Origin: Tubiluchus corallicola
Lineage: Eukaryota; Animalia; Priapulida
Length of the DNA stretch: 64,000 nt
Reading direction: 5' to 3'
Assembly (NCBI GenBank): GCA_030141605.1
Contig: JAQGDQ010000099.1
Location: 451,194-515,193 of the forward strand
Shown: piece after piece, positions 26,001 to 41,000 of the stretch
How the letters are laid out: every line of letters starts with the position of its first letter
How positions within the stretch are numbered: the first letter of the stretch is position 1
Notes under the pieces: model-generated
Told to the model about the DNA's origin: nothing
The model's input: the letters and a program-made list of their open reading frames with translations, nothing else
Database searches by the model: none
Program-made: the position numbers and the translations under genes

Positions 26001-29000
26001 AGTTTGATAAAGGTAACGGCCATTCAGCTATTTGGGAAGATGACGCAGCTATTGTACGCATCTTTCAGCACGAGATGTCAATCAATGTCAGTACGAACAT
26101 TACCTTTAAAAATGTTTGTGATTAAGTGCAAAGTGTACAAAGCTAAGGTAAAAATGTCTCAATGAGACAAACGACTTTTAAAAAATGCAAAAATGTAAAA
26201 CTTTTGTTTATAAATGGACACATAGGTACAGTGCAGGCAAAAGGTCTAGTAAACCACAATTCGCATTGGTTTGATTTGATCAAATATAACGTGATTTATT
26301 TGGTTTAGAAAAAAAGAGAATCCAACAAAATTTTACTACAAAAGACAAACAGAAGCTGTGCTGTTGGATAAATGGACGAGCTGCATTATCATAGCGTTGT
26401 TCCACTTAAACTGTGTATAAGTTGTTGTGCTGTAGCATCATTCTCTGATTCGCTTCGGTTAGGAAAGCCAGATTTCCAATCAAATCAACTGTCGAGTTGA
26501 TGCTAATAAAGTAAATTACATCACCACAAAGTGACAACAGTTACTAAACGCCAGCCTCTTTCTGCAACATGACTTGCAAGGTAGCCTCCAAACAATGAAA
26601 TTATCATTTTATTATTCGCTGTTAAAATTATGTTTGTAAGTCCAGCAAGACGAGTAATACAATTCTAAAAATATAATATTTCCGCTTATAAATTTGTATA
26701 ACAATACCATTAAAGTAAGACAATGTCAGTCAAATGAAAGCAACAAAAGAAAGAAAACGTAACCATAAAAAATAAAAAACAATAGTGATAAAGAAAATCA
26801 CACATTGTCAATGGTAGTATAAAAAACCCCACTCAAGGGCATGTGAGAGTTGCTGTCTGAATTCTTAATTAGGTATAGAGAGAAAGTAAAAAAAGAAACC
26901 CGCACTTTAGGCTAACATCACTGAATAGGGAATTCTACCAACAGATTTCATAAAACGAATGAAATCAGGCAACAGGAAGACAACAAAAACAGGAAACGAA
27001 GTAAAAATCATAAATTTACAAACGAGTAACAAGTTTTGGGCCAAGGCAATCCGTCGCCTTGAGTTATGACCTTACTTTTTACGTTTGTGGTCAATAATTT
27101 CGTCATGATCAATCAGCAATCTGCGTGCGGCGTGTGTACGCCAGGGCAGCTTCCTAATACCTCCCTTAAGTAACTTATATATAATCTGACATTCCACACA
27201 ACTGAATAACATCCTAATTAAGATCTTATGTGCTCGTTTTACCAAATCTTTCTCTTATCTCTGAATTCCTTATTTTTAACGTGCTTATGGGCGTGACCAA
27301 AACGCCTCCCAGTTGTGCTGCCACCACCCAATCTGACCCATATCGCGTAAGATGAGCAGTGATAGCGTTTATGATATGAGACTGAGATGCATAACAAGTT
27401 CGGGCCTACTCTGCTTCTGCTGCCGACATACAATAATAAAATCGTCGGAATGCATGTATATGAACATGATCACGTGACCAGTGAGTGGGAGAAGAGGAAT
27501 ATATAAAAACATGGATTAGAGAGCGAGATCGTCAGTCTTCACTTTTCTAAGTCAAGCAGAAAACATGAAGGTGTTCGTGCTCTTGCTTTGCGCTTGCGTC
27601 GGTAAGTTTTTCCTTTAATTAACTTGTAATTTTATGCATTACGGCAACTTGTGCTAGATAGGCAAATAAGAAAAAAATGCATAGCAGTCTATGCCTGAAA
27701 AGAGCAGGAAAACAATGTGTAATTTACTAAAAAAAATTGACGATTTATTAGCTATATATTTCAGATTAATCTCAAGTACGTCTTTGTTTTTTTTTTACTT
27801 TTTTAGAGAAAGGGAGTTCATTTGTTTAGTTGTTTAGAAATGGCCAGAAATAAATAAATAATTAAATGAAATGAGACCTATTAGTTGCAAGATAGTTATT
27901 TGATCCTCACTGATTTGCAGCTTTAACTTTATGTTAACAGTTTACGTAATTATGTTAGTTTTATCCACTTTCTGCTATAACCTTAACGTTACACTATATT
28001 ATGAAGTCTCATCAAGTCTCTACAGTTATTATTATTAATAACTATAGTTAATTAATTATTATTAACCGACGTTATTTTCAGCATACGCGACACCAATGCA
28101 AAAGCGTCTGGGCGTACCACTCTACGCCGAAGAGGCATGCTACAATACGCCAGAAGAAGTTGACCCAGAAGTCAACTATTTCGTAGCTGACAGAGACGAT
28201 TGCCAGTCATTCTACCATTGCGACCACCGCTGGCCCAAACACCGAATCTGTGGTGGTACAGCAGTATGGAGCGTACTCACAGAACGATGTGAGAGTCAGT
28301 ATGACGCCGTCAACGAAGACTGCGGTTATATCGCACCTCCTAGACCAGAGGAGGACCCCGATGGTGTAGATGTTCTTGGACGTCTGAGTATGTTTTACTT
28401 TTACTCTTTTTAGATGATATGTAACAAACAAACGAATAATGAATGGTGATTTAACTTATAATAATGAGTTACATTTGAAACGCACTTTAAGATCTGTTGG
28501 ATCTTAAAATCAGTGCTCGAATTTGGAAATATTATCCATAGACATGAGTGAAAATAGAAGTATTATACTATAATTGTATTAAACTTCACATGGAGTTCAA
28601 TTTCGCATACATTACTCACATACACTACTCGCATCCAAGTTAAACAAAATTGCTCACAAAAAATGCCAAACCACGTGATTTCAAACGAAATCAGATTGCA
28701 ATGGATTTACCTTAGGAAGTTTCCGTCAGGAAAATCTGGTCACTAATACTAAGTACAGTAATATTTTTTACTTTTGAAATACTTTACTACATTTACTGTG
28801 TATGAAGCATGCTTATTTAATTCCTGCAAAATCCGTTTCAGTTTTTGAGGGTTCACAGTGGGAATGTGCTGACGGAAATGGTGCCATTGCCTACAAGAAT
28901 GTTTGCGATGGTGGAGAGGACTGTGCTGATGGATCAGATGAAGATAACTGTGCTGGAGCATGCAGCGAACAAAATTGCAGACTCCCTGACTGCAGATGTG

Positions 29001-32000
29001 CAGGGCCAGATATTCCAGGTGGTTTGGATGCTGCCAATACTCCTCAACTAGTTGCCATTACATGGGATGAAGCCATCCGTGTAGAGGATTATAACCATCT
29101 TTACCAGCAGGTTTTCAAGAGAATAGGAGCAAACCGTGCTCGGGAACCCCGACGTAACCCCAATGGTTGCCCAGCTGTCGGAACCTTCTTTGCTAGCCAT
29201 CAGTTCACTGACTATGCTGCAGCACAGTCAATCTACAGCGAAGGCAACGAGATTGCCGCCCATTCCATCTCAAAACGACTGCCCGCAAGTTACTGGGAGA
29301 CAGCCTCAATGTCTGAGTATGCAGCTGAATATGCTGACCAAAGAATCATCTTTGATCAGCTTGGAAACATCCCAGCAAGAAGCATTCAAGGATTAAGGGC
29401 CACTAGCTTGCAAACATCTGGAGATGGATTCATCAACTTTGCTCAAAACAATGGGTTCACCTGGGATTCATCCTACGCAACTGACAGGAATAACCCACCA
29501 ATTTGGCCATTCACTCTTGACTACAGGTAAGCTATACATGCATCTTACTTATAACATACTTTTGGAAAAGTACAAAGAAATTTGTTTCGTACATTAAGTG
29601 TGAGATGCTTACTTAAAAACTTTGTAACTGTTGAAGTACATGTACTGATAAAATCCTTAATGCTCTACTAAGAGGTAAAATATTGCAATTTCAGAATGGG
29701 AGGCCGCTGTGCCATTGAGCCATGTCCTACAGCTCCACATAGACAATTCTGGGAAGTTCCTCTGGTTGACTGGGTCGATACTAATGACACACTCTGTGAG
29801 AATGTCGACAGTTGTTACTTCCCCAATGACAAAGCAGAAGCTCTTGAATTGTTCAGATCAAACTTCCGCCGTCATTATGAATCCAACAAAGCTTTGTTCC
29901 AGATTAGCCTCCGCTCTCGCTTCTTTTTGAATGATGGCTACCACAACTTGGAAGCTCTTCAGGATTTCTTAGATGAATTGGAGGATCTTGGTGACGTTTA
30001 CTTCGTCACTATTAGTCAAGCTGTTGAATGGATGCAAGATCCAGTAAACACTCGTCAGTCTGCTGAATTTTTCGAGTGTGATTATGATGATCGTCAGGCT
30101 CTCTGTGCTCATCCTAACTTGTGCGGTTACTTCAACATTACCTATGCACCAAACAGCGAGGATCACCCTGGTGACAGGTTCTTCCAGACATGTAATGAAT
30201 GTCCTCCAGTTTATCCATGGGTGGGCAATCCAGAAGGAAATTAAAGACATCCAACCTAGAGAATGGAACGACCAAATTCTTTTGGCAGGAACTAGGATTA
30301 GCTAGGTCTTCTTTGTATGAAGGTTTCAGGATTCGTAATAAGTTTAGGAATTAGGAAAATGTACAAATTTAAATAAGATAGTATGCTAGAATGTAATTTA
30401 TTTTGCTGAGTGTTTTAATAAGCTTGTATTATCTGCTTGCTCCTAATTACAGATGCTTCTGTTGCATGACTCAAAACGATGTAAATTACAAAGAAACAGT
30501 ATTGTGATGTATGTGATGCAAATGAATGGTTCAGAGAGAGCCAACAAGAAAAAAAACAAAAAATTTTTGTATCTCTATTTAATGTTTTTGTCAAATAAAC
30601 GTGAAAAGTATGAAATTTTAACTTTTTGTATTTGCAGTTTCGTGTCATCGTGTTAAGAGTTAAGAAACTATTCGTACGTCCTGCCTCACTAAATGCGGCA
30701 TGTGGTGTTGAAGTACGTACATATTAATAAAAGCCAACATATCCATTGTTCCCTGTTCTTGAGTCTCACGTCACTAATCAGGATCAAAGTCTGATTGCTT
30801 AAATCTCTGAGCAACAAAGCAGATACTGTCGGCCCATATAAAGTACAATTACTTAGAATTATAACATCATCATTATCATAACTTAAGATGATTTGAGGTT
30901 GACAATGTTAGTCACCAAAGAAGCAAAATGCTCGTTGTGAAATGGGGCACCATTGCACGTGCAAGAAAATAAGTTACTCAGTCTTAAGCTTGACGCCACA
31001 CAAATAAGCACAGATTATTGCAGGTTGCTACTAATACAGTGTATTTTATAGTAGTTACACGACTCGTTTACCCAAAAGTAAAATTATAAGATGCAGAGAA
31101 CAAACACTGACACAATACTGACGGTAAAACGGCTTGATGAAACGAAAGTGAATTGCAAAGCAGATTACAGTTACCTGAATTTCGTCTGATTCTGTTGCCA
31201 AGCTTTCAGGCAAGGGCTATGAAGAATTCGACGAAATTTGATCGCAAAAAAGCACAAAATATAAACGTTTTCTAAATATTTGCCAATTTTTAACAGGATG
31301 TGTCTAACAGACAGTTACTGAAGATAAGTACGCCCCCCCCCCCGCTAGAAAATTATTTACGATCAATGTAGAATTAGCAAAATTCTTCAAAACACTTGCA
31401 ATAGAATTCAAAATGAAGTCGATTTTAAATAACAATTGACACTTGAGATGTGCTGTCGTCACTACCACTACCACCACAGTTATCATTGTCCTCATCATCA
31501 TCATCACAGTCGTCATTGCTGTCGTCATCATTACAAGCAACAATGACGACAATGGTAATAAATTCAATATCAGTACCAGCAGCAGCAGCAATAGTGTTAA
31601 TAATAATTATTCATCTTAAATACCAAGTAGATCTGTGCCGAGACTTACAGGTGACTAGAACAAAGGTTGGTGTAACCACAGTCAGTGTGAAGCATGCATT
31701 TTTCTGGCGATTAAAGTCATAAAGAGAATCCATGTATAAAGTCTTCATTTTGAAATCCTTGCGGAAATTTTGAAAAAAATGGGTAGGTTAATAATCTCCT
31801 TAGTGGCCGAATCCAGTTTCAGTTCCCCCAAACTAATGGAGTACATGTTTTGCAAAAAAACATGAAAAATCACATTTCGTTTGATTTCATTTCAGGATGC
31901 CATTGAAGCTCTAGCTACAAAATCATATATACAAGAATATAGCTGTATACCAGCAGAATTACTATTACATTATATTCAGGAACTAATTGAGCAAACGACT

Positions 32001-35000
32001 ATAATGTGGCTGAGTGCCAGCTGAGTTGTTTGGAGGTAAACAATAACAAAAAACTTGAGCTGCTTATAAGAACTATTTGGATAGGCCATTTACATCTTAA
32101 ATAATTCAACTGTAAGACTTGGAGAAGCCAAGGAGCCTTTCACCAAAAGATAAATATTCTGGCTAACATTGTCATCACTTGACCGTTTATGTTTATATAT
32201 GGTAAGCATCATACTACAACTGTGTTTGGACCATCATGTTACCCTGACATCACTTGACCTTTTATGTTCATATCTGGTAGGTATCACACTACAGCAGGGT
32301 TTGAAGCATTAGCACCAGCCATTCTCAGTTGACCTTGACCTTTGACATTAGATGTCCATATTTAGACAGTCTGACAGGACTTCAAGGCAAACAGCAGAGC
32401 GAAGTTTGGTGAAATAGACAACCACCACTTTTAAATTTGCCGTAACTTAAAGTCCAGTACTTGCCATTTGACCAAGTCAACTACAGATAACCCAACAGCT
32501 TCATAATGTTAGGATGACATTAGTCAGGATCACTTGTTAGTTAAAATTCCAGAAGTGCAGACAAAAACGAAAGTCTATGACCTTGATCTTCATATTCACG
32601 AAAAGTACAGGCACGGTTTTTGAACTCACACTCTGTAAATATATGCATAAGAAATCCAAAGCTGCAAAAACTAGCGGATAGTTCAAATAACCCAAAGGTT
32701 GATTCGTTGAAAAACTCGGAAAACTTATCAAACTGTGGGCTTAAAATGTGTTTAGTAAGTTAAACTTTAAGCAAGAAACTAAAGAACACAACTGCGTTCT
32801 TTAATTACGTGACAAAATCAAGCCCAAAAAAAGCAACTAACCTGCAATTTTGGCACCTTTATCTCTAGAATTACACTACTACAAAGACATTACACAAATA
32901 AGAAAAAATATTCATGAAAATGCCGATTATTCAGATATGCAAAGTGCACATTTCTATAGAAGACTTAATGTGCACCAGATATGGTGGCATTAGCCAGTTT
33001 CTTGACTTATACCAATGTGCTTACCATTGGTGCAGACAATGAATTAAAATTTTCAAACACTAATGTAAGATGGCAGCACCTGCCTCTTTGTGCACTTGAA
33101 TAAACAGTGGGTGAGGTGGATAGGAGTATGTGTGAAAGTATTAGTGTTACTGGTCTGTTAACTCAACACATATCTTACCAAGTATTTCAATCTTATTCAT
33201 TGTATTTAATACTTTTTAACAGCTGTAATGTAAGGTGGCAGCACCTGACAGCTCTCCGTTCTGTCTCATTTCAAAATAGATAAACAAGTGATAAACCTGT
33301 AAACAAGTAAATTTCAAAAATAAAACTTGTCATTTCTTGCAAATAGGATTATTAGTGCTTAACAATTATATCCACACCAGGTCACTATAAAGCAGTCATG
33401 TCACTGACATGAGTGATTATTGCTTGGACCTATAGAGTTATCACTGTCACGCTACCCATCACGGAATTCCTCAGTTCTGGCTTCCAGTGTTGCTTAACTA
33501 TGTAAAGTGGTTCCTGAGCCTAAATGCGGATAGCCCATGCAGCATTTACTGAGTTACGATAATGGATACGCCCTCGAAGTTGACAAAAATGAGTTCTTAT
33601 ACATTATCTTATTTACCTTTTTTAATATCTTCGGTTTGTCTTAAGCCAAAAGTCTATTGCCAAAGTGCTCAATAGATGGCTCTAGTTAGAAGCAATGCAC
33701 AAACAACAGTCAAGTTAAAGTCATATCAAGAGGCAGGACATATTTTTCAATAGCATTTGCTGTAATAAAGCTGTCCCCTACTAGCCAAAACATCAGGGCT
33801 AATAGGAGAAGCAGAATTTACTAAACTAAAAGGATAAGATTGTAACTAGAACAAATGGTAAACTTACTTTTAGACTGTTTTATTAAGGTGCTCTGTTAAC
33901 AGTGTAAGGAAATCGCAGGGTTCACAAAAAAAAAAACAACGGAAAATCATCACACTGTTAACAACTAGAATGCGACCTTAGTATTATTTTAGCATAGCTT
34001 AGTGGCTCAGGTACAACATGCAAATTTTGATGACAAAATAGTGCAAATGTCATTTGTTGCTTAGTTCAAACATATTTCTCTCTACCAAATACTAATACGT
34101 AAAACATGTAAGAAATCATGGATAGAATGTGAAATGATGAGAGTGATCTACTGACAAGAAGATCCAGTTGATGATCTTGTATTTACCCTGGATAATTATT
34201 AAACATTGTACAAAGATCGCCACAAAAAGCAGTGTTTTAAAAAATGCTTATATGTCTCTGTTGCGTTTCACACCTACTACTTCAATGAGTAACTAATAAA
34301 TTTGTAAGTCAAAATTATATAGGTTAATGTATGTCACATTGCATATTTATTTACATCACAGCAAACATCGACTGTCAATGAATCATGTCTCAAAAACACA
34401 AACGTAGTAAGTATCTATATGCAAAATGCACAACAATATCAGCTAGATTACGTTAGCATTTCCTTGGAAACTAAATTCCACCAGAACCTGGTAACAAAAG
34501 AACAGCTCCTTTATCATGGTAAAAATAAAACCTCTCAACATTTTTATTTCACGTCGATAGGTATTTTTCAACGAAAGCAGCGACGGGACTTAGTAACCCA
34601 GATAAAAACCATTTATCTCATTTTATGACAACCAAGAATTGAAAGTGAATTGAAAATAAATCTATTAAAATTCGACCCAGGTGAGTTACAGTGAGAGCCC
34701 TATATATAAACAGCCGACAGGTAATGAGCACATTATTTGGTACATTAGTGGCACACCTGTAATCATGAAGTTGTTAGTGTTATTTCTGTGTGCTTATGCA
34801 GGTATGATCTGGTGAAAATCATTAATTTGTAGAAAAAAGAACATGTCACCTACTACAAGGTACAACAGGCAGGATCAGGAAATATGTGAAAAAATAAATA
34901 CAGCTAGTTTGTTAATTAACTTTTTGCAGTTGCAAATGCCCATGTGACAAGAAATTTGTGGTCCAATTAAACAGCACTGGAGCACTAATTACTAATTACA

Positions 35001-38000
35001 CAGTTAATAAAACAAATGGAATACAAAGTATTTAAGTTGATTGTGATTTGCATTTATTATCATATAGTACACCCACAACCTGTAAATCCACTCTAGCTTG
35101 ATTTATGATGTTTGATTTTGAATAAGATCATTCTAAAAGTGGATAAATAGGTCTATTAAAACAGCTGAAATATTGTCAAAGTATTAAAAATGCATATGTA
35201 GGCAAATATGTAAATATATGTATAGTAATTGCCAAACATATAATTGTTGTTTCTGTGCTATTAACAGCTGCAAAGCCCTCCAAGCGTCTGGGTGTTCCTC
35301 TCCAAGCGGAACTGGCTTGCCAGGACCCTGAGACAGAATATGTAGCTGATGCGAATGACTGTCAGGTGTTTTACATCTGCGACCACGGATGGCCGAAGAT
35401 CACGCGATGTGCTGCAGACAGCATATGGAGTCCACCTACTGGTAAATGTGAGAGCAAATTTGATGCAGTCAACGATGCCTGCAGATACGTGCCACCAACG
35501 CCACCAGAAGTTGAGGAATTTATGCAAGGACGAATCAGTAAGTTAAATGCAATATAACCAAGCCAAAACATTACATTTGCAACTGTAGTGATTATCTTCT
35601 AATGCATAAACAGCAAAATTTAACACTTAATTCTCTCCATGCCGTGAGACACAGAAGGCTATGACACTCCTCCTCTAAAACCTTGTCGATTGCCACTGCT
35701 TTGACCTTTTCCAATGCCTCCATCCTGCATCACTTCTCTCAGCCTCCGCTGTCCTTCTCCATGTTGTTCTCAGTCTGCCCCTTGCACTTCTTCCTTCAGG
35801 TGTCCATTCCATGGCGGTCTCACAGTCACTTTCATCTTCCCTCTGATGACAGCAAAAAGAGAAGGACATACCTTTGGAGAAGCATTTGTCTGCTTATGTC
35901 AAAGCAGTTGTCAGGGCAGTAAAGCAAAGTTTTATTATGTGGCCTTTCTGAGACTTAAAGTTCAAGAGTTAACTACAACTTCCTGAAGTTACTTAGGAAA
36001 GTATATCACGGGTATATGCTGTTTTTAGGTGTGACTAATAATTTTGCTTGACAAATTTTGCCATTAGCAGTAAATGCATTTGATAGCATCTAATTACCTG
36101 ATAAAATAGCTTATGTGTCCTACACCAAAATGACATGTTTGTAATAGTAAAGTTAAAACAATATTTTCTTTTAAGTTTATGAAGAAACCCAGTGGGAGTG
36201 TGCCAATGGTCAGGGGGCCATTTCATACAAGAATGTATGTGATGGTGGAGCTGACTGTGCCGATGGCTCTGATGAGAGAAATTGCGCTCAAGCCTGTGAC
36301 AGGAACAGATGCCGACTTCCAGACTGCAGATGTGTTGGAACTGATATCCCGGGAGGTTTGGATGTCAACAACATCCCTCAACTAGTTGCCATTACATGGG
36401 ATGAGGCCATCCGCGTTGAAGACTATAACCATCTCTATCAGCAGATCTTCAATAGTATAAATGCACAAAGAAGAAGAGAGCGCCGACTTAACCCCAATGG
36501 TTGCCCGGCTGTCGGAACCTTCTTTGCTAGCCATCAGTTCACCGACTATGCTGCGGCACAGTCCCTCTACAAGGAAGGTAATGAGATTGCCGCCCATTCC
36601 ATCTCAAAACGACTGCCAGCAAGTTACTGGGAGACAGCCTCGATGGCCGAGAATTCAGCTGAATATGCTGACCAAAGAATCATCTTTGACGAACTTGGTA
36701 ACATACCACAAAGAAGCATCCGAGGATTGAGGGCCACTAGCTTGCAAACATCTGGAGATGGATTCATCAACTTTGCTCAGAACAATGGCTTCGTCTGGGA
36801 TTCATCTTATGCAAGTGACCTAAACAGCCCACCAATATGGCCATTCACTTTTGACTACAGGTGAGTCTCATAATCTTCTTTTAATGCTATATAGACATTT
36901 TATTTGTCAGCAAATATCTCTCATTGCAGTGAGTGTTTATAATGATCCTTTTAATATGATGTTACTCTCAATTATAATAATAACACTTTGGTAACAATAT
37001 GTGAGTGATTTAATTTACCAAAGCTGTAATTATGTATTTCAGAATGCAGGGAAGTTGTGCCATCGAGCCATGTCCTAGGTCTCCACACGATGGATTCTGG
37101 GAAATTCCTCTTATTGACTGGATTGACACCAATGACACTCTCTGTGAGAATGTTGACAGCTGTTACTTTCCCAACGACAAAGCGGAAGCTCTTGAATTAT
37201 TCAGATCCAACTTTGCTCGTCACTACCAAAGTAACAAAGCCTTGTTTCTGATCAACCTCCGTGCCCGCTTCTTTCTGAATAGCGGCTACCACAACCTGGA
37301 AGCTCTTCAAGACTTCTTAGATGAACTGGAGCGTCTTGGTGATGTTTACTTCGTCACTCTCAGCCAGGCTGTTGAGTGGATGCAGGATCCAGTAAATCTT
37401 CGTCAATCCGCAGAATTCTTCGAATGCGATTACAATGACCGTCAACCCCTCTGTGCACATCCAACCTTGTGCAGCTATTTCAACATCACCCATGCACCAA
37501 ACAGCGAAGACCACCCAGGTGACAGATTGTTCCAGACATGCAATATATGTCCACCAGCTTATCCATGGGTAGGAAATCCATCTGGACGAGTGTAAAAAGT
37601 TTTTGTCGTGTAAGTGTTTGAGCATGTAATGATGTCCGTGTAATCCAGTGTCACAGAGCTCTACATGAAATACAGACGAACTGTGCTGTATTACACATTC
37701 AACTGATGCATGCACAAGCACTCTGCACCGTTGTACATTGTATTTCTAACATATTTATTATGTTGCACATTGTTTTCCATGCGTTTGTGAAAAAAATGAT
37801 CATGAATTGTATTACTTTTTGTTTAGTTTTTATTCAGACTTTGTCCAGTGAAATGTAAGACACATGCAAACACATGAGTTTCCTTGAGAAAGGCCCATTT
37901 ACTCTTCTTATATCAAATGCTCCATAGAACACAAAATGAAGTGCTGAAGTTGTAGGCAAAAAGCAATAATCTAAGTAAAACGACACATTATTATAAACGT

Positions 38001-41000
38001 CCCTGTAAATTTACCCCTTTACCGAGACAATTTCTATTGAAACGTAAAACTTGTTGCCTCAAGCAAAATTATTAATAGGGCATCAGTCTTACGGTTACTA
38101 GAAATAGAAACCTCTATCATCCAAAAATTTCAAATAATACAATATAAAAGCAATGCTGAGAAAACTACTATATATAAATTATTAATACATTGAAATTCAG
38201 TTCATTAATAAAGGCAAACAAATGTAAGGCAAAGATATTAGCTTCAAATTTTTGTTTTGTATTCAAAACGTAATGTACAATTAATCTAATTATGGATTAT
38301 TCGAAGTTGCTTTTGCATTGTATTACTTGAAGCTTTCAGATGCGGATGGTACACAGCATATAGCCTGAAGTCAAATAAGACATGTTTCTCACAAAAAGAA
38401 CATTATCATAAACATGATTATCATCACTACAATGGTGGTCACAGTTAGCTGTCAAAACAACAAGCAAACTTCTACCAATCAAATGCAGAAAGCACAAGAA
38501 AGGAATTGTCTCTAAATGGACAAAAATGTTTAAAGGGGAAGGAAAGGGAATTTTGAAGTATATCCCAAGGAACTTTCTTTACAAAGGTATATTACTTAGC
38601 ATTACGTTTACCTGTTTGAAAGACATTAGGGAAAAAAATGTTTAATAATTTAAAATATTCGCACCACATGGTAATATGGCACTGCATCGCCATCCTAATG
38701 TGCACCACTGACTGACCAAAAAGACTATTGATCTTACTGACAACATAAAGTAATTCAAACTATTGCTTTGTTAGCAAAAAGTGCACTACAAATGCTCTGA
38801 TTATTTTTTAAACTTTACACAACATTACCTAAAGTTGTTTCAAACGATTTACTTACGATAGGCTGTGTCTATCGGTCAACGCGGGAGTTAAAATTTACAA
38901 GTGTTATACAGCGTTACTGCTAACACAAGCTCTGTATTTTATAAGACAGCACATAAATGATATGAAATTTCGAGAATTTTTAAGTTTTGTTCATGAAGAC
39001 TGTTTTGTTGTGCTTTAAGTAGAAAGTAACTGGTTCTACACGAAAAAAAATTTAAATTAAGCCCCTCTATGACAAACACAACCAGGTAATCGGTACTAAC
39101 TTTGCAAAAATTATGTTTAGGACTTTTCCAGATAATAACAACTTGACAAGAAAAGCTCGAATCTAGTGTTTCATTTCATTTGTTATAGTCCACACTACTC
39201 TCTTGCATCAATTCAATACTGAGATCTAAATCCCTGTTCACACTGGTTAAAGAAAGAAGCAATCAACTGTGCTACACTTATCGCTATAAAACGTCAGCAT
39301 ACATAGTGCCTTATTACAGAAAATTAAAATAGTTTATTGAATTTCTAGAACTGCACTTAGCAAAACAACTTCTCATAAAACTTCCTTGTGATCAGCTGTG
39401 GTTGTTGCCTTTGCCACTAATCCACTTCACCACTAATCACACAATTACATATACCCATTGTTATTGGAGGGTTGAACACATGTATTGCATGCTAGCCAAA
39501 AATATAAGATGACCTATACTACAGACTATAGGTTTAAACCAAAATCAAGGTCTGCCTGGTTTCATTGATATCGGAATGAAAGTTAATTTGCCTACAGAAG
39601 CTGTCTCATGGTTTTCTCTATTCTAATTTAGACTAAATCATTAATTAACAAACGTTCTCTTAAAGTATGAAAATTTATAAATGTAACAGTAAAAACATTT
39701 AGAAATAAATAAATTAATATTTGACAATTATTGCATAATTAGAGTAAAAAACACCTGTAGAAGGCAGCATAGAATAATTCAGTATTTCAGTACAGCAGAC
39801 TGCCAATGCTGATGCGATTAAATCTTTTTAACACAATAAACAATCGCCCGAGCAGGCCAGTGACCTACCTAGCACATTGTTTCTTTATGATATCGAGTGG
39901 ACATTGTTGGTTGCCGCACAGGACAAGTTGACGGCATGCACTATCCAGTTTAACCGTTTTGGGGTTTTTGGAATTAACAATTGAAAATTGAAGACACTAA
40001 GCGACGTTCAAAGAATTTTTCTCTCAAATACACATACACTTATTATTGGCATCCATACAATTTAAAAAAAATACCAACACCAAAATTTAAATCAAATTCC
40101 AAATGTACCCTGCTACAGAATTTTTACCAAAGTGTACAAAGGAAGACTCCTCTAATACTTGATGTTCATGTGATACTCTGCGCGACTGAGGTGTAAGAAA
40201 CAAATAAGTACGCACTTAATGCATTTCAAAAATGCCTGGAAGTCATTGTAAAAATTTTAGTGGGTCACTTGAAACAGTAAGCAAATGCCATTTAGACCAA
40301 ATAGAAATGACATCAGCCTTTGAGCTTGACCGAGGCAAACATTTGGACAGCAATAAGTAAAAATTCCAAAACAAATAGAGATGAATAGATTTTATATGGT
40401 TATGAACAGGGACACACTAGAAAAAGCATCTTTCAAAATGAACATGGTAGGAAATTGAATTAATTAACTAATAAAAAAAGGTTATAGATGGAATCATGGC
40501 TGCCGTGGTAAAAAGAATTACATTTTTAATTGGTAATAAACAGCTATTTTGCAGCCCATTGCAAGCTGCTTCCTCGGTGTAAACATAAGCAATATGCAAC
40601 ACTCCCTGAAATGCAAAATCATTGAGTAGCTCTATCAAAATACAGAAAAGTGCCCTCAATATGACCAGTATTGCTACGAATTGACCTTCACCAAAAAATG
40701 CAAACAAACTGCCTTCAAGTGTACGAATAGAGGCAAAATTAGTACAGAAAGTAACAGAATAATCCAACGAAATGTTGACTGTTTGTTTTACTTATTTATT
40801 TATCTTTGCATATAAGCACAAAATTAAACAGAAGTACTTTAATATCGTATTATGTGCTGTGCTGCAAGTCAGAAAGTTTCAGAAAAACATCTTTACTATT
40901 AACATTTTCATTTCCACTACTTTTAATGTTAATATGCCGTATGACTGCCATTTACTGAAAATGGCTTATTCTATGGAAGCATCAAGTGGCAGCAGTTTTC